Assembly: GCA_963422735.1 (NCBI GenBank)
Contig: OY730476.1
Location: 768,001 to 832,000 of the forward strand
Direction: 5' to 3'
Origin: Candidatus Latescibacterota bacterium
GTDB taxonomy: Bacteria; Latescibacterota; UBA2968; UBA8231
DNA: 64,000 bases
Shown here: piece after piece, positions 30,507 through 42,885 of the stretch
How positions within the stretch are numbered: position 1 is the stretch's first letter
Layout of the letters: every line of letters starts with the position of its first letter
Notes under the pieces: generated by a model
Told to the model about the DNA's origin: nothing
The model's input: the letters and a program-made list of their open reading frames with translations, nothing else
Databases searched by the model: none
Program-made: the position numbers and the translations under genes

Positions 30507-30714
30507 TTCAATATGAAACCTATATATGATCTCTGGCCTAGCCCCAAAGAAATGCACATCGCACTACACTAACAGATTCTCATCGCCCTCATCGCCGGAG
30601 CATAGGATCGGCGGCCCTACACTCCGCATTTGTGCATGCTTTTCATCAAGACCCTAAAGAATGTATCGCCCGACAGTAAACGTCTGGAGGGCAGTCGTTA
30701 GCGAGGAAATGAAC

Positions 30715-30788
30715 TACCCCCGGGCGGATTCGAACCGCCGACCCACAGATTAGGAATCTGTTGCTCTATCCTGCTGAGCTACGGGGGC
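30715..30788 (-). tRNA. tRNA-Arg (CCT), CCA not encoded
   Basis: GCCCCCGTAGCTCAGCAGGATAGAGC..ACAGA-TTCCTAA-TCTGT..GGTTCGAATCC on minus strand. Confidence 0.96.
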
Positions 30789-30875
30789 TATAGGAGGGAC
30801 GCTATCATACGATTAATACAATACCGCGAGCGGCCCAAAGTCAAATGCCTAGATCCGGGTTTTTTATTGCATCTG

Positions 30876-30903
30876 TTGACACCAACTTAAACTGGCCTAA
30901 TTT
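30876..30903 (+). promoter_or_regulatory. Promoter for act-cox operon
   Basis: TTGACA-16bp-TAATTT. Confidence 0.55.
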
Positions 30904-30967
30904 ACAAGACTGTTTTGGTCAGAAGAGCTAAGACTGGCTTTCTACAACCTCAGCTAAACTGAAAAAT

Positions 30968-31624
30968 ATGGCTCAAGTATTCCCGCGCAGTGCTAACTGG
31001 GCTTCTAAGGCCAGCATCCTCGTCGGCCTCGTCCTAGGCGCTAGTATCCTCGGTATCGTACTCAACATCAATCGCATTTACTTCGTCAACCAAGTCAACG
31101 TGGCCGTTGATCAGCCCGTTCCCTTCAGCCACAAACACCACGTCACCGGCATGGGCATCGACTGCCGCTACTGCCATACTACCGTCGAGGTAAGTGCTTT
31201 TGCCGGCGTTCCCCCGACCGAAACCTGCATGACCTGCCACTCGCAGATCTGGACCGAAGCCCCCATTCTCGAACCCGTGCGCGCCAGCTTCCGAGACAAC
31301 GTACCCATTGAGTGGAATCGCGTCCACGACTTGCCCGACTTCGCCTATTTCAACCACAGCATCCACGTCAACCAAGGCATTGGCTGCCAGTCGTGCCACG
31401 GCCAAGTCGATCAAATGCCCCTGATGTGGAAAGCCGAATCCCTGAATATGGAGTGGTGCCTCGACTGCCACCGCGATCCCGCCCAGCACATCCGCCCACG
31501 CGACCAAGTCTTTAACATGAACTACCAGTATCCAGCCGATCAGGAAAGCTTGGGCACCCAACTCGTCGCTGAATACGGCGTACAGACCAGCCAACTCACC
31601 AACTGCTCTATCTGCCACCGCTAA
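30968..31624 (+). CDS. actA: Alternative complex III pentaheme cytochrome c
   Basis: Five CxxCH motifs, QPVPFSHKHH, N-terminal TM helix. Confidence 0.93.
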   Translation: MAQVFPRSANWASKASILVGLVLGASILGIVLNINRIYFVNQVNVAVDQPVPFSHKHHVTGMGIDCRYCHTTVEVSAFAGVPPTETCMTCHSQIWTEAPILEPVRASFRDNVPIEWNRVHDLPDFAYFNHSIHVNQGIGCQSCHGQVDQMPLMWKAESLNMEWCLDCHRDPAQHIRPRDQVFNMNYQYPADQESLGTQLVAEYGVQTSQLTNCSICHR

Positions 31625-31626
31625 AC

Positions 31627-34608
31627 ATGGAAACCAGAAAAAACATCGATCTCTCGGCCATCCGAGCCCGCCTCGAAGCCGCACAGGGCCAAGAGTACTG
31701 GCGCAGCTTGGACCAATTGGCTCAGACCGAAGAATTCGCCGCCATGGTCCAGCGCGAGTTCCCCGAGCAAGCTGCCGAGTTGAAGGATCCGGTAAGTCGG
31801 CGGAATTTCCTCAAGCTCATGAGTGCATCGCTGGCACTAGGCGGGCTTTCGAGCTGCACGATTCAGCCCAGCGAAAAAATCGTCCCCCAAGTCCGGGGCC
31901 CCGAAGACGTCATCCCCGGCAAGCCTCAGTACTTTGCTTCAGCCGCCGCGCTCGGCGGTATTGGCATGGGCATCCTAGTCGAGAGCCACATGGGACGACC
32001 GACCAAAATCGAGGGCAACTCCGCGCACCCCTCCGGCAGCAGAGGCTCTAATGCGCTCGTACAGGCTTCGATTCTCGACCTCTACGACCCCGATCGCTCG
32101 CAAACGGTTAAAAACGCCGGTCGCATCAGTGCTTGGAGCATCTTCCTAGCCGATTTGACGCAGCGGCTGAGCTCGCACGAGGCCAACGGCGGTGCTGGCC
32201 TGCGTATCCTGACTCAAACGGTGACTTCTCCGACCCTCGGGCACCAGTTGCAGGCCCTGCGGGCTAAATTTCCCCAAGCCCAGTGGCACCAGTACGAACC
32301 GGTCAATCGCGACAACGCCCGCGCCGGGGCCCAAATGGCGTTTGGCGAGCCGGTTCATGCGTTTTACGACTTGGCCAAAGCCAAGGTCATCCTGTCGCTG
32401 GACGCGGACTTTACCTACAGTGGTGCTGGCAATGTCCGCCACGCTCGGGACTTCGCGGCCGGCCGCAGCGTCCGCAACGGCCCTAAGGCCAGCAATCGGC
32501 TCTATGTGGTCGAGAGCAGCCCAACAGCCACGGGCAGCATAGCCGATCATCGCTTGGCACTAGGCACGGCGCACATCGAAGCCTTGGCTCTAAAGGTCGC
32601 CCAAGGGCTTGGCATCGGCTGGGAGGGGCCGAGTGTTCCCGCCGACTTCTCCGCTCACGACGCTTGGATTGCGGCCCTAGTCGACGATCTAAAGGCCCAT
32701 CGCGGCCAAAGCCTCGTACTCGCTGGTGACCAGCAAGCCCCAGCCATACACGCTTTAGCCCATGCGATCAATCACGCTTTAGGCAATGCGGGCGCAACCG
32801 TACACTACACCGAACCCCTCGAAGTCGAGTCGGTTGGTCAGCGAGAGTCGCTGTCTGCTTTAGTCGCCGACATGAACGCCAGCCAAGTCGGGTCTCTGTT
32901 CATCCTCGGTGGCAATCCGGTGTACGACGCGCCCGTGGATCTCGATTTTGCTGCCGCGCTCGACAAGGTCGGCTACCGCGTCCACCTCGGCCTGTACGAC
33001 AACGAAACGTCGGAACTCTGCCACTGGCACATTCCGGAATCTCACTTTCTCGAAGCCTGGAGCGACACCCGCGCCCACGACGGCCTCGCCACGATTGTCC
33101 AGCCGCTGATTCGCCCGCTCTACAAGAGCAAATCAGTACACGATCTCTTGGCGGTCCTCACCGGTCAGCCCGGGGTCCCAGATCTCGAAATCGTGCGCCA
33201 GTACTGGGAGGGCCAAGGGCTGGACGCGATCGCTTGGCGCCGCGCACTGCACGACGGCTTCGTCGAGGGCGCACGCCCCAAAGCCCAATCCCTGCAGCTA
33301 GATCCTTTGCACCTGCCGACAATGACAGGAACCCTTCCCGCCGAAGAAGATCTCGAAATCCACTTTCGACCCGATCCCGTGGTGTGGGACGGTCGCTTTA
33401 CCAACAACGCTTGGCTACAGGAAACCCCTAAGCCCATCACGAAGCTAACTTGGGACAACGCCGCCCTCGTCAGCCTAGCCACGGCCGAGCGCCTGCGGCT
33501 CAAGAGCGAATTCCTCGCCGAGCTGCGCTTTGACGGGCGCGCGATCAATGCAGCGGTTTGGATCGTGCCCGGCCAAGCCGACGGCGTCGTCACCCTGCAC
33601 TTAGGCTACGGACAGCAGCGCAGTGGCCGAGTCGGACGGGACGCGGGATTCAATGCCTATGCCCTGCGTCCTACCGCGGCCTTGTGGAGCGGCGGCGGCC
33701 TACAGATCAGCGCATCCTACGACCGCTATCGCCTCGCCTGCACCCAAGATCATCACAGCATGCAGGGCCGCAACTTCGTGCGCCAAGCCTCGCTGGATTA
33801 CTACCAAGCGCATCCGCACTTTGCTCACGAGGGCGCACACGACCCACCCGATGACTTGACGCTGCACAACCGCACGGATCACCAGTACACGGGCTACGCC
33901 TGGGGCATGGTCATCGATCTAAGCTCCTGCATCGGCTGCAATGCGTGTGCAATGGCCTGCCAAGCCGAAAACAACATCCCCGTCGTAGGCAAGGACGAGG
34001 TACTCAACGGCCGCGAAATGCCTTGGATTCGCGTCGATCGCTACTACAAGGGCACACTCGATAACCCCCAGATCGTGCATCAGCCTGTGCCTTGCATGCA
34101 GTGCGAAAACGCTCCTTGCGAGTTGGTTTGTCCGGTCGCGGCTACGACCCACAGCGACGAGGGCCTCAACGACATGGTTTACAACCGCTGCGTCGGCACC
34201 CGCTACTGCGCCAACAACTGCCCCTATAAGGTTAGGCGCTTCAACTTCCTCCAATACGCCGACCGCGATACCGAGAGCTTAAAACTACAGCGCAACCCGG
34301 ATGTCACTACGCGTGCCCGCGGTGTAATGGAAAAATGCACGTACTGCGTCCAGCGCATCAATCAAGCGCGGATTGATGCCAAAAAGGCTAATCGCACCAT
34401 AGGCGATGGCGAGATCGTCACCGCCTGTGAGCAGGCCTGTCCTACCGAATCCATCGTCTTCGGGGACATCAACGACCCCGAGAGCCGGGTCTCCGCGCTC
34501 AAGGCCTCCCCGCTCAATTACGGCATCCTCACGGAGTTGAACACGCGCCCCCGTACTACGTATTTGGCAAGTATCAACAACCCTAATCCAAAAATTGCTG
34601 AGGCTTAG
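31627..34608 (+). CDS. actB: Alternative complex III molybdopterin-oxidoreductase-like/Fe-S subunit
   Basis: YWRSL, SRRNFLK Tat motif, [34 protein letters not shown]. Confidence 0.95.
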   Translation: METRKNIDLSAIRARLEAAQGQEYWRSLDQLAQTEEFAAMVQREFPEQAAELKDPVSRRNFLKLMSASLALGGLSSCTIQPSEKIVPQVRGPEDVIPGKPQYFASAAALGGIGMGILVESHMGRPTKIEGNSAHPSGSRGSNALVQASILDLYDPDRSQTVKNAGRISAWSIFLADLTQRLSSHEANGGAGLRILTQTVTSPTLGHQLQALRAKFPQAQWHQYEPVNRDNARAGAQMAFGEPVHAFYDLAKAKVILSLDADFTYSGAGNVRHARDFAAGRSVRNGPKASNRLYVVESSPTATGSIADHRLALGTAHIEALALKVAQGLGIGWEGPSVPADFSAHDAWIAALVDDLKAHRGQSLVLAGDQQAPAIHALAHAINHALGNAGATVHYTEPLEVESVGQRESLSALVADMNASQVGSLFILGGNPVYDAPVDLDFAAALDKVGYRVHLGLYDNETSELCHWHIPESHFLEAWSDTRAHDGLATIVQPLIRPLYKSKSVHDLLAVLTGQPGVPDLEIVRQYWEGQGLDAIAWRRALHDGFVEGARPKAQSLQLDPLHLPTMTGTLPAEEDLEIHFRPDPVVWDGRFTNNAWLQETPKPITKLTWDNAALVSLATAERLRLKSEFLAELRFDGRAINAAVWIVPGQADGVVTLHLGYGQQRSGRVGRDAGFNAYALRPTAALWSGGGLQISASYDRYRLACTQDHHSMQGRNFVRQASLDYYQAHPHFAHEGAHDPPDDLTLHNRTDHQYTGYAWGMVIDLSSCIGCNACAMACQAENNIPVVGKDEVLNGREMPWIRVDRYYKGTLDNPQIVHQPVPCMQCENAPCELVCPVAATTHSDEGLNDMVYNRCVGTRYCANNCPYKVRRFNFLQYADRDTESLKLQRNPDVTTRARGVMEKCTYCVQRINQARIDAKKANRTIGDGEIVTACEQACPTESIVFGDINDPESRVSALKASPLNYGILTELNTRPRTTYLASINNPNPKIAEA

Positions 34609-34609
34609 C

Positions 34610-35983
34610 ATGTCCGAAGCTGCGAAAACGCCTTATCGCCCCCCAGTGTCGGAACTAGGCCCGAGCCAGACCTCGTACACTTCAATCACCGACAAGATCA
34701 GTGGGATCGTCCTGACCAGAAACACCCCGCTGGCGTGGTTCATCTGCTTTGCTTTGGGCTTTCTCCTGCTGTCCGGATTCATGGTGGGCGTTCCCTATCT
34801 GCTCTTTGAGGGCGTGGGCATCTGGGGCATCAACAACCCGGTGGGCTGGGGTTGGGCCATCATCAATTTTGTCTGGTGGATCGGCATCGGCCACGCCGGC
34901 ACGTTGATCTCGGCGATTTTACTGTTGTTCCGACAGCGGTGGCGCACCTCGATCAATCGTGCGGCAGAGGCCATGACCATCTTTGCCGTGCTCTGCGCCG
35001 CGCAGTTTCCGCTCTTTCACACGGGGCGGCCCTGGCTGGCCTGCTACTGGCTGTTGCCCTATCCCAACTCCATGGGCATCTGGCCGCAGTTCCGCAGCCC
35101 GCTGATCTGGGACGTCTTCGCGGTCTCGACCTATTTGACAGTGTCGCTGGTCTTTTGGTTTGTCGGCTTGGTCCCGGACTTAGCGAGCCTGCGCGACCGA
35201 GCCAAAAATCGCATCGCTCAAGTCATCTATGGCATGCTCGCGCTCGGCTGGCGCGGCTCGGCCATTCACTGGGAGCGCTACGAAATGGCGTCCCTCCTGC
35301 TGGCCGGTCTCTCCACGCCCCTTGTGCTTTCTGTTCACAGCGTCGTCAGTTTCGACTTTGCCGTAGCACTTATACCTGGGTGGCACACGACCATATTCCC
35401 CCCTTATTTCGTCGCTGGGGCGATTTACGCGGGCTTTGCCATGGTGCTGACCTTGATGATCCCCATGCGCCTTATCTATGGCTTGGACGACTTCATCACC
35501 GAGCGTCATCTAAACAACATGGCCAAAGTCATGCTGGCCTCCGGGCTGATTGTGGGGTATGGCTACTTCATGGAGCAACTCATATCCTGGTACAGTGCCA
35601 GTGTATTCGAGGGCTTTATGATGCAAAACCGCATGCACGGCCCGTACGGCCCCTTTTACTGGGCCTTGATTGTCTGCAACATAGCCGTGCCGCAGCTCCT
35701 GTGGTTTAGGCACTTCCGCACGAACATGTTCTGGCTATTTTTTATTTCTCAGTTCATCAACGTCGGCATGTGGCTGGAGCGCTTTATCATCGTCGTCACG
35801 AGCCTACACCGGGATTTTATGCCCTCTTCTTGGGACATGTTCCACCCGACGATCTGGGACATCGCCATCTACGCGGGGACCATCGGCCTGTTCATCGTCC
35901 TGTTTTTTCTGTTCATCCGTGGCCTACCGATGATTTCCATCCACGAGATCCGCAATCTGCTGGCCGCTAGAAGCCACAAGTGA
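34610..35983 (+). CDS. actC: Alternative complex III NrfD-type membrane subunit
   Basis: [50 protein letters not shown]. Confidence 0.95.
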   Translation: MSEAAKTPYRPPVSELGPSQTSYTSITDKISGIVLTRNTPLAWFICFALGFLLLSGFMVGVPYLLFEGVGIWGINNPVGWGWAIINFVWWIGIGHAGTLISAILLLFRQRWRTSINRAAEAMTIFAVLCAAQFPLFHTGRPWLACYWLLPYPNSMGIWPQFRSPLIWDVFAVSTYLTVSLVFWFVGLVPDLASLRDRAKNRIAQVIYGMLALGWRGSAIHWERYEMASLLLAGLSTPLVLSVHSVVSFDFAVALIPGWHTTIFPPYFVAGAIYAGFAMVLTLMIPMRLIYGLDDFITERHLNNMAKVMLASGLIVGYGYFMEQLISWYSASVFEGFMMQNRMHGPYGPFYWALIVCNIAVPQLLWFRHFRTNMFWLFFISQFINVGMWLERFIIVVTSLHRDFMPSSWDMFHPTIWDIAIYAGTIGLFIVLFFLFIRGLPMISIHEIRNLLAARSHK

Positions 35984-35995
35984 GCCATTGAACTT

Positions 35996-36541
35996 ATGCT
36001 GCAGCGCGAAGAACCAACGCACTACGGCCTACTGGCCGAATTTGAATCTCCCGACGACTTGCTGGCCGCAGCCAAGGAGACTTTCGCCGCTGGCTATCGC
36101 AAGATCGACGCCTATTCGCCCATGCCCATCCACGGCTTGGGCGAGGCCATCGGCTTTCCACGCACTAAGTTACCTTGGCTGGTTTTCGCCTTTGGCCTGC
36201 TCGGTGCCATCACGGGCTACTCCCTGTGCTATTGGGTCTCGGCCATAGACTATCCGCTCAATATCGCCGGCAAGCCCTTGCACAGCGGGCCTATGTTCAT
36301 TCCGGTGACCTTTGAGCTGACCATCCTCTTTGCCGCGCTCAGTTCGGCCTTTGGCATGTTCATCGCCAACGGCCTGCCCCAGCCTTATCACCCGGTCTTC
36401 AACGCGCCTAATTTCGTCCGCGCCAGCCAAGACCGCTTCTTTCTCAGCATCGAAGCCGAAGACCCCCAGTTCGACCGCAAAAAAACCGAGGACTTTCTGC
36501 GCGGCCTGAATCCGCATGAGGTTGTCGAAGTTGAAAAGTAA
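35996..36541 (+). CDS. actD: Alternative complex III subunit D (DUF3341)
   Basis: DAYSPMPIHG, GKP, FIPVTFELTIL, DRFFL. Confidence 0.9.
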   Translation: MLQREEPTHYGLLAEFESPDDLLAAAKETFAAGYRKIDAYSPMPIHGLGEAIGFPRTKLPWLVFAFGLLGAITGYSLCYWVSAIDYPLNIAGKPLHSGPMFIPVTFELTILFAALSSAFGMFIANGLPQPYHPVFNAPNFVRASQDRFFLSIEAEDPQFDRKKTEDFLRGLNPHEVVEVEK

Positions 36542-36542
36542 A

Positions 36543-37127
36543 ATGACCATCACCAGCCGACGGCCCGCGGCCCTGTTAGGAGCGGTGCTGTTGCTGATTG
36601 GCACCACCGGTTGCGAGCTGCGGCAGGCCATGTACGACCAAGAAAAATACGAGCCGCTAGAGGCCTCGGCATTCTTCGCCGATGGCATGTCCTTTCGCCC
36701 GCAGGTTGACGGCACCGTGGCGCGCGGCCAACTGATGCTCGACGAGCACTTCTACCAAGGCAAAATACAAGGCCAACTCGCGGAGACCTTGCCGGTGGTA
36801 GTTGACCGCCAGCTACTAGTGCGCGGCAGGGAGCGCTATGACATCTTCTGTGCCCCCTGCCACGACAGGACCGGTGCGGGCAACGGCATGATCGTCCAGC
36901 GGGGGCTTAAACAGCCGCCGAGTTTTCACCAAGAGCGGCTGCGCGAGATACCCGTCGGTCACCTTTTCGATGTCATTACCAATGGCTTTGGCGTCATGTA
37001 TAGCTATGCCGCCCGCATTCCCGTGGCCGACCGCTGGGCCATCATCGCCTATATCAAGGTATTACAGCGAAGCCGAAATCTCGAATTCGACCAACTGCCG
37101 GCCGAGGACCAAAGGCAACTTCAATGA
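36543..37127 (+). CDS. actE: Alternative complex III monoheme cytochrome c lipoprotein
   Basis: TTGC lipobox, GTVARG, CAPCH, DRWAIIAYI. Confidence 0.9.
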   Translation: MTITSRRPAALLGAVLLLIGTTGCELRQAMYDQEKYEPLEASAFFADGMSFRPQVDGTVARGQLMLDEHFYQGKIQGQLAETLPVVVDRQLLVRGRERYDIFCAPCHDRTGAGNGMIVQRGLKQPPSFHQERLREIPVGHLFDVITNGFGVMYSYAARIPVADRWAIIAYIKVLQRSRNLEFDQLPAEDQRQLQ

Positions 37128-38356
37128 ACGAGTCGATTCCCCAGCAATCCACTGCCCTACATCCCTATTTGGACAACCTCCAGCGCCGTGCGCTGGCCGT
37201 GGGCTTGGTCGGCTTGGCCGCCACTGCGGTCGGCTACTTCACCGCCGAGGAGCAGTTCTTCCGCTCTTATTTGCTGGCCTTTACCTTTTGGATCGGCCTG
37301 CCTCTGGGCAGCATGGGCATCCTCATGATCCACCACGTCGGCGGTGGCACTTGGGGATTTTCGATCCGGCGTCTGCTCGAAGCCGCTACCCGCACCTTGC
37401 CGCTGATGTTTCTGCTGTCGCTGCCGATCCTCTTCTTCGGCCTGCACGACCTCTACGAGTGGACGCACCAGAGCGTAGAAGACGACGCCATCCTCAAGCA
37501 AAAGGTCCCATATCTCAACGAGCCTTTCTTTATTGCGCGCACCATACTCTACTTCGCCATTTGGGGACTGTTCGCCTTCCTGCTCAATCGCTGGTCACTG
37601 CAGCAGGACCAGACGACGGAGACGCATCCAACCCATCGCCTGCAGCTTTTGAGCGGTCCGGGTATCGTCATTTTCTTTCTTACCGCGACGCTGGCCTCTA
37701 TTGATTGGCTAATGTCGCTTGAGCCGCATTGGTTCTCGACGATCTTTGGCATCATCTACATTTTGGGCATGGGGCTGATGGCCTGGGGGTTCGCGTTCCT
37801 CATCGCCGTCCCCCTCTCGCGGCAGGAACCGCTACAGGGCCTGATTACCGAGCAGCACCTGCGCGACTTGGGCACCTTTATGCTAGCCTGCGTCATGCTT
37901 TGGGCATATACCTCGTTTTCCCAGTTGCTCATCATTTGGTCGGCTAATTTGCCCGAGGAGATTACCTGGTACATAACCCGCTTGGAGGGCGGCTGGCAAT
38001 ACGTCGGCTACGGGCTGCTGGTGTTTCACTTTGCCGTCCCCTTTCTGTTTCTCATATCTAGCACTATGAAGTCCAAAACCAAGCTGCTCGGCACCCTTGC
38101 CGCTGGCCTAGTCTTCATGCGCTTGGTCGATTTGTACTGGATTACAGCACCGGCTTTCACCAAAGTCCACGCCGAGCAGGGACCGAGCTTCCACAGCACC
38201 GGGATCACCCTACATTGGCTCGACCTAGTCATTCCAATAGGCATCGGCGGCATCGTTATTGCGCTTTTCTTCGCGCAGCTAAAAAAGCGCGCCCTGATCG
38301 CGCAAAACGACCCCCGCTTTACAGACCTCTACAGCGGCGAAAGCAATCATGGCTGA
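37124..38356 (+). CDS. actF: Alternative complex III membrane subunit F
   Basis: DWLMSLEPHWFSTIFG, WAYTSFSQLLIIWSANLPEE. Confidence 0.9.
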   Translation: MNESIPQQSTALHPYLDNLQRRALAVGLVGLAATAVGYFTAEEQFFRSYLLAFTFWIGLPLGSMGILMIHHVGGGTWGFSIRRLLEAATRTLPLMFLLSLPILFFGLHDLYEWTHQSVEDDAILKQKVPYLNEPFFIARTILYFAIWGLFAFLLNRWSLQQDQTTETHPTHRLQLLSGPGIVIFFLTATLASIDWLMSLEPHWFSTIFGIIYILGMGLMAWGFAFLIAVPLSRQEPLQGLITEQHLRDLGTFMLACVMLWAYTSFSQLLIIWSANLPEEITWYITRLEGGWQYVGYGLLVFHFAVPFLFLISSTMKSKTKLLGTLAAGLVFMRLVDLYWITAPAFTKVHAEQGPSFHSTGITLHWLDLVIPIGIGGIVIALFFAQLKKRALIAQNDPRFTDLYSGESNHG

Positions 38357-38741
38357 ACGATCACACGACCCAAACAACTCCGGCTACGAGACGACGGATG
38401 CGCGGATAACGCCGCTGGCACAGACCGGTCTTTTTATCGTCGCGCTAGTCGTCGCTTCTTTTGTCGGCATGATAGTCTTATTCAGGGTTTTCGCCTATTA
38501 CCAGCCGCTCTTCGACGATCCAGTCCCGCCGCTCGTGGCCGATCGCATCGCCAGCGACGCGCCGCGACTACAGGTGGACCCGCCAAAGCAAAAGTCCGAG
38601 TTGGCCCAAAGCGAAGCTGCGCTCCTCGGCTCCTATGGCTGGATCGACCAACAAGTGAAGGTAGTACACATTCCCATCGAGCGAGCGATTGATCTGGTGA
38701 GCGAGGGCAAAATACAGCTCATCGCGCCAGCGGCACCATGA
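38349..38741 (+). CDS. Single-TM accessory protein of act cluster (ActG-like)
   Basis: GYETTD, PRLQ, LGSYGWID, IPIERA; position in operon. Confidence 0.7.
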   Translation: MAERSHDPNNSGYETTDARITPLAQTGLFIVALVVASFVGMIVLFRVFAYYQPLFDDPVPPLVADRIASDAPRLQVDPPKQKSELAQSEAALLGSYGWIDQQVKVVHIPIERAIDLVSEGKIQLIAPAAP

Positions 38742-39577
38742 GCGGGGCTACAATTACATTCGCTCGGAGCGCGATCTTTGCGGCATTGGCCGTGCCGCTT
38801 TTGTTAGCCGGCCAGACCGAGGCGCAGAGCTATACCCAGCAGCTACAAGAGCGCATCGGCATCGACCAGAAGCTGGGCGACCAGCTCCCCTTGGATCTCG
38901 AATTCACCGACTCCAGCGGCGAGCGCACCTCGCTGCGCCAATACTTCGGCAAAAAGCCCGTCGTGCTCACCTTGGTGTACTACGAATGCCCCATGCTCTG
39001 CACTCAAGTGCTAAACAGTCTCTTGCGGGCCATGAACGTGCTGAGTTTTGGCATTGGCACGGATTTCGATGTCCTGACCATCAGCGTCGATCCCGGGGAA
39101 ACGCCGGAATTGGCCGCGGCCAAAAAAGCCGAGTACAGCAAAAACTACCGCGGCCGCGATGGTTCTACGGGTTGGCATTTCCTCACTGGTGAGCAAGACC
39201 AGATCGAGCAGCTAGCCGCAGCCGTCGGCTTTCGCTACGAATACGACGAAGACACCGATCAGTACATCCACGCCAGCGGCTTGATAGTGCTGACGCCGGA
39301 AGGTAAACTGGCGCGCTATTTCTACGGCATCGACTACCCTCCGCGCGACTTGCGCTGGGGTCTCGTCGAAGCAGCCGACGGTGCCATCGGCAACCCGGTC
39401 GATCAGCTACTCCTGCTCTGCTACAGCTACGACCCAATGACCGGCAAATACGGTCTCTATATTCGCAATTCCCTGCGCATCGGTGGGCTGATTACTGTGC
39501 TGGCTCTCGTCGCCTTTATCATCGCTATGCTCAAACGGGAGCGCAGCAACAATCCGCACCAGCCTCAGTTGAACTAG
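38738..39577 (+). CDS. SCO family copper chaperone
   Basis: YYECPMLC, WHFLTG, H. Confidence 0.92.
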   Translation: MSGATITFARSAIFAALAVPLLLAGQTEAQSYTQQLQERIGIDQKLGDQLPLDLEFTDSSGERTSLRQYFGKKPVVLTLVYYECPMLCTQVLNSLLRAMNVLSFGIGTDFDVLTISVDPGETPELAAAKKAEYSKNYRGRDGSTGWHFLTGEQDQIEQLAAAVGFRYEYDEDTDQYIHASGLIVLTPEGKLARYFYGIDYPPRDLRWGLVEAADGAIGNPVDQLLLLCYSYDPMTGKYGLYIRNSLRIGGLITVLALVAFIIAMLKRERSNNPHQPQLN

Positions 39578-39595
39578 TTCGGAGCCTTGAACCGC

Positions 39596-40531
39596 ATGTC
39601 CGACTTCCCACTTTTTCCCGCCCAAGCCTCCACCATCGCTTGGCAAGTAGATGCCCTGTACGCCTTCTTGCTCGTCTTGACTGTGGTCTTCTGCCTGCTC
39701 GTCTTCGGCATGGTCATCATCTTCGCCATCAAGTACCGCCGCCGATCGGAAGACGAACAGCCCGAGCAAAACCACGGCAATCTCGTCCTCGAACTGTCTT
39801 GGACTATCATTCCGCTCTTCCTCGCGCTTTTCGTCTTTTTGCTCGGAGCCGATGTCTTCTTCCGGCTCCAGCGGCCACCGTCCGATCCCTTGGAGATCTA
39901 CGCGGTCGGCAAGCAATGGATGTGGAAAATCCAGCACGAATCGGGCAAGCGAGAAATCAATACCCTACACGTGCCCAAGGGCCAGCCCGTTCGCCTGACT
40001 ATGACCTCGGAGGACACAATCCACGACTTTTTCATTCCGGCCTTCCGGGTCAAAAACGACGTGGTGCCCGGGCGCTATACCACCCTGTGGTTCGAGGCCA
40101 CGCAGACGGGCGAGTTCCACTTGTTTTGCGCCGAGTATTGCGGTACTCAGCACTCGGGTATGATTGGCAAGGTGATCGTCTTAGAGCCAGCGGATTACCA
40201 CGACTGGCTGATGGGAGCGTCCAGCGGCGAATCCATGGTCGAGGCGGGCGAGCGCCAGTTCCAGCAACTCGGCTGCGAGACCTGCCACAAGTCCGCGGCC
40301 ACGGGGCGCGGCCCTTCGCTGGTCGGGATTTACGACAAGCCGATTACGCTCAGCAACGGGCAGGAGATAGTCGTCGATAGCGACTATATCCGCGAGTCCA
40401 TACTCCAGCCCAAGGCCAAAATCGTCGCCGGGTACGAGCCGATTATGCCCGTCTTCGAGGGGCAGATCAGCGAGCAGTCGCTGCTGCAAATCGCGTCTTA
40501 TATAAAATCCCTGAGTGAGTCCGCAGAGTGA
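39596..40531 (+). CDS. coxB: Cytochrome c oxidase subunit II with fused cytochrome c (caa3)
   Basis: [13 protein letters not shown] CuA site, C-terminal CETCH. Confidence 0.95.
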   Translation: MSDFPLFPAQASTIAWQVDALYAFLLVLTVVFCLLVFGMVIIFAIKYRRRSEDEQPEQNHGNLVLELSWTIIPLFLALFVFLLGADVFFRLQRPPSDPLEIYAVGKQWMWKIQHESGKREINTLHVPKGQPVRLTMTSEDTIHDFFIPAFRVKNDVVPGRYTTLWFEATQTGEFHLFCAEYCGTQHSGMIGKVIVLEPADYHDWLMGASSGESMVEAGERQFQQLGCETCHKSAATGRGPSLVGIYDKPITLSNGQEIVVDSDYIRESILQPKAKIVAGYEPIMPVFEGQISEQSLLQIASYIKSLSESAE

Positions 40532-40556
40532 ACATCCCAACGAGGTCATTCAAGCC

Positions 40557-42224
40557 ATGAGCCATGCAGTTAGTGCCAACGGCGAGCCAAGAAACTATCT
40601 CAACGAAACCTATGGGATCAAATCTTGGCTCCTGACCCTAGATCACAAGCGCATCGGTATCCTCTACTTGATAACGATGGCGATCTTCTTCTTGGCCGGC
40701 AGCCTTTTCGCCAGTATGATTCGCTTTGAGTTGATGACGCCCAAGGGCGATTTGGTCGAGGCCGAGACCTACAACAAGCTCTTCACCATGCACGGCGTGG
40801 TGATGATCTTCTTCTTCCTCATTCCCTCCATCCCGGCGGCACTGGGCAACTTTTTCATTCCCCTACAGATCGGCGCTCGGGATGTGGCCTTTCCCCGCCT
40901 GAATCTCCTCAGCTACTATCTCTACGCGGCCGGGGGGCTGTTCGCCGTGCTGGCCATCATCTTGGGGGGCATTGATACGGGTTGGACCTTTTACACGCCT
41001 TACAGCAGCACATACTCAACTTCGTTTGTCTCCCTTGCCTTAGTCGGCGTTTTTGTCAACGGCTTCTCTTCGATCCTCACCGGGGTCAACTTCATGGTCA
41101 CCATCCACAAAATGCGAGCCCCGGGCATGACGTGGTTCCGCTTGCCGCTTTTTATTTGGGGGCACTACGCGACCAGCCTGATTCAGGTCCTAGGTACCCC
41201 AGTGGTGGCCATCACCTTGTTGCTAGTCTGCTTCGAGCGCATCTTCAAGATCGGCATTTTCGATCCCAATTACGGCGGCGATCCGGTGCTCTTTCAGCAC
41301 ATGTTCTGGTTTTACTCGCATCCGGCCGTGTATATCATGATCCTGCCGGGCTTTGCCGTCATTAGCGAAGTAGTAGCTTGCTTCTCGCGCAAGCGGGTCT
41401 TCGGCTATTCGTTTGTCGCCTTTTCTTCCTTGGCCATCGCCATCCTCGGCTTTCTCGTCTGGGGACACCACATGTTTGTATCGGGTCAGTCCACCTACGC
41501 CAGCATGGTCTTTTCCTTTATTACCTTCTTCGTGGCCGTGCCCTCGGCCATCAAAATTTTCAACTGGTCTTTCACCCTTCACAAAGGCTCGGTTCAGCTA
41601 GACTCGCCCATGCTCTACGTGATGGGCTTTATCGGCCTTTTTACCATTGGCGGGCTGACGGGCCTGTTCCTCTCCACCTTGGGCACCGACGTCCATCTCC
41701 ACGACACCTACTTCGTGGTAGCCCACTTTCACTATGTCATGGTAGGCGGCATGGTCATGGCGTTCCTCTGCGGCCTGCACTTTTGGTGGCCTAAAATGAC
41801 CGGGCGCATGTACCCGGAAGGGGCGGCCAAGCTCGGCGTCATGTTCGTCTTCGCCGGGTTCAACCTGACCTTCTTTCCCCAGTTTGTCTTGGGCTACTTG
41901 GGGATGCCTAGGCGCTATCACGCCTATCCCGAGGAATGGCAAGCCCTCAACATCATGTCCACAGCGGGTGCCACAGTCCTCGGGCTGGGCTTCTCGCTGA
42001 CCATTGTCTATCTCCTCTGGTCCTTATTTAAGGGCCAGAAGGCCACCGCCAACCCATTCCAAGCCAAGGGCCTCGAATGGGACATCCCCTCGCCGCCCAT
42101 AGCCCATAACTTCGAAACCATCCCGATAGTTACTTGGGAAGCCTATCCCTACGGCGAGGAGGAACCAGCCCCGCCGGGCACCGAGGTCGTACCTGAACGC
42201 GCTAAGGAGGATGAAGTTGTCTGA
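40557..42224 (+). CDS. ctaD: Cytochrome c oxidase subunit I, A2 type
   Basis: [15 protein letters not shown] (YS motif), [16 protein letters not shown]. Confidence 0.97.
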   Translation: MSHAVSANGEPRNYLNETYGIKSWLLTLDHKRIGILYLITMAIFFLAGSLFASMIRFELMTPKGDLVEAETYNKLFTMHGVVMIFFFLIPSIPAALGNFFIPLQIGARDVAFPRLNLLSYYLYAAGGLFAVLAIILGGIDTGWTFYTPYSSTYSTSFVSLALVGVFVNGFSSILTGVNFMVTIHKMRAPGMTWFRLPLFIWGHYATSLIQVLGTPVVAITLLLVCFERIFKIGIFDPNYGGDPVLFQHMFWFYSHPAVYIMILPGFAVISEVVACFSRKRVFGYSFVAFSSLAIAILGFLVWGHHMFVSGQSTYASMVFSFITFFVAVPSAIKIFNWSFTLHKGSVQLDSPMLYVMGFIGLFTIGGLTGLFLSTLGTDVHLHDTYFVVAHFHYVMVGGMVMAFLCGLHFWWPKMTGRMYPEGAAKLGVMFVFAGFNLTFFPQFVLGYLGMPRRYHAYPEEWQALNIMSTAGATVLGLGFSLTIVYLLWSLFKGQKATANPFQAKGLEWDIPSPPIAHNFETIPIVTWEAYPYGEEEPAPPGTEVVPERAKEDEVV

Positions 42225-42885
42225 GCACGCACATAGTGCCCACCACCTGCACCAGTTCGAGACGGCGGAGCAGCAATACGAAGCCGCCAGTCTCGGCATG
42301 TGGGCGTTCATCATCCAAGAGATTCTCTTCTTCGGGGGGCTGTTCGGTGCCTATACCGTATATCGCAACACCTATATCGACGCCTTTACCGCTGGCTCGC
42401 ACCACCTCGACATCTTCTGGGGCACCTTCAATACCATCGTGCTGATCGCCAGCAGCCTGACCATGGCGCTGGCCGTCCGCGCTGCACAGACCAACGCTGG
42501 TCGCAACGCGATTACGGGATGGCTCGTCGCCACGATCATTCTCGGATGCGCCTTCTTAGGCGTCAAGTACATCGAGTATAGCGATAAGTGGCACCATCAC
42601 CTTATCCCCGGCAGCATGTTCCAGTGGAATGACCCCGCCTTTCCCGAGGTTTCGCTCGGCAACGCCAAAATTTTCTTCTCGTTTTACTTTGTGATGACCG
42701 GGATGCACGCGCTGCACATGGTCATCGGCGTCGGCATCATGCTGTGGATGATCGCCAAGGTCCGGCGCAACGAGATTTCGGCTCAGTACTTCACACCAAT
42801 CGAAATTAGCGGCCTTTATTGGCACTTCGTGGATATCGTGTGGATTTTCCTCTTTCCCCTGCTCTATCTGATCGGACGCCACTAA
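42211..42885 (+). CDS. coxC: Cytochrome c oxidase subunit III
   Basis: [23 protein letters not shown]. Confidence 0.93.
   Translation: MKLSEHAHSAHHLHQFETAEQQYEAASLGMWAFIIQEILFFGGLFGAYTVYRNTYIDAFTAGSHHLDIFWGTFNTIVLIASSLTMALAVRAAQTNAGRNAITGWLVATIILGCAFLGVKYIEYSDKWHHHLIPGSMFQWNDPAFPEVSLGNAKIFFSFYFVMTGMHALHMVIGVGIMLWMIAKVRRNEISAQYFTPIEISGLYWHFVDIVWIFLFPLLYLIGRH

Noticed and set aside
30560-30714. Possible decayed ORF or sRNA downstream of tRNA-Arg
   Set aside because: Only short stop-interrupted frames and no convincing structure or homology
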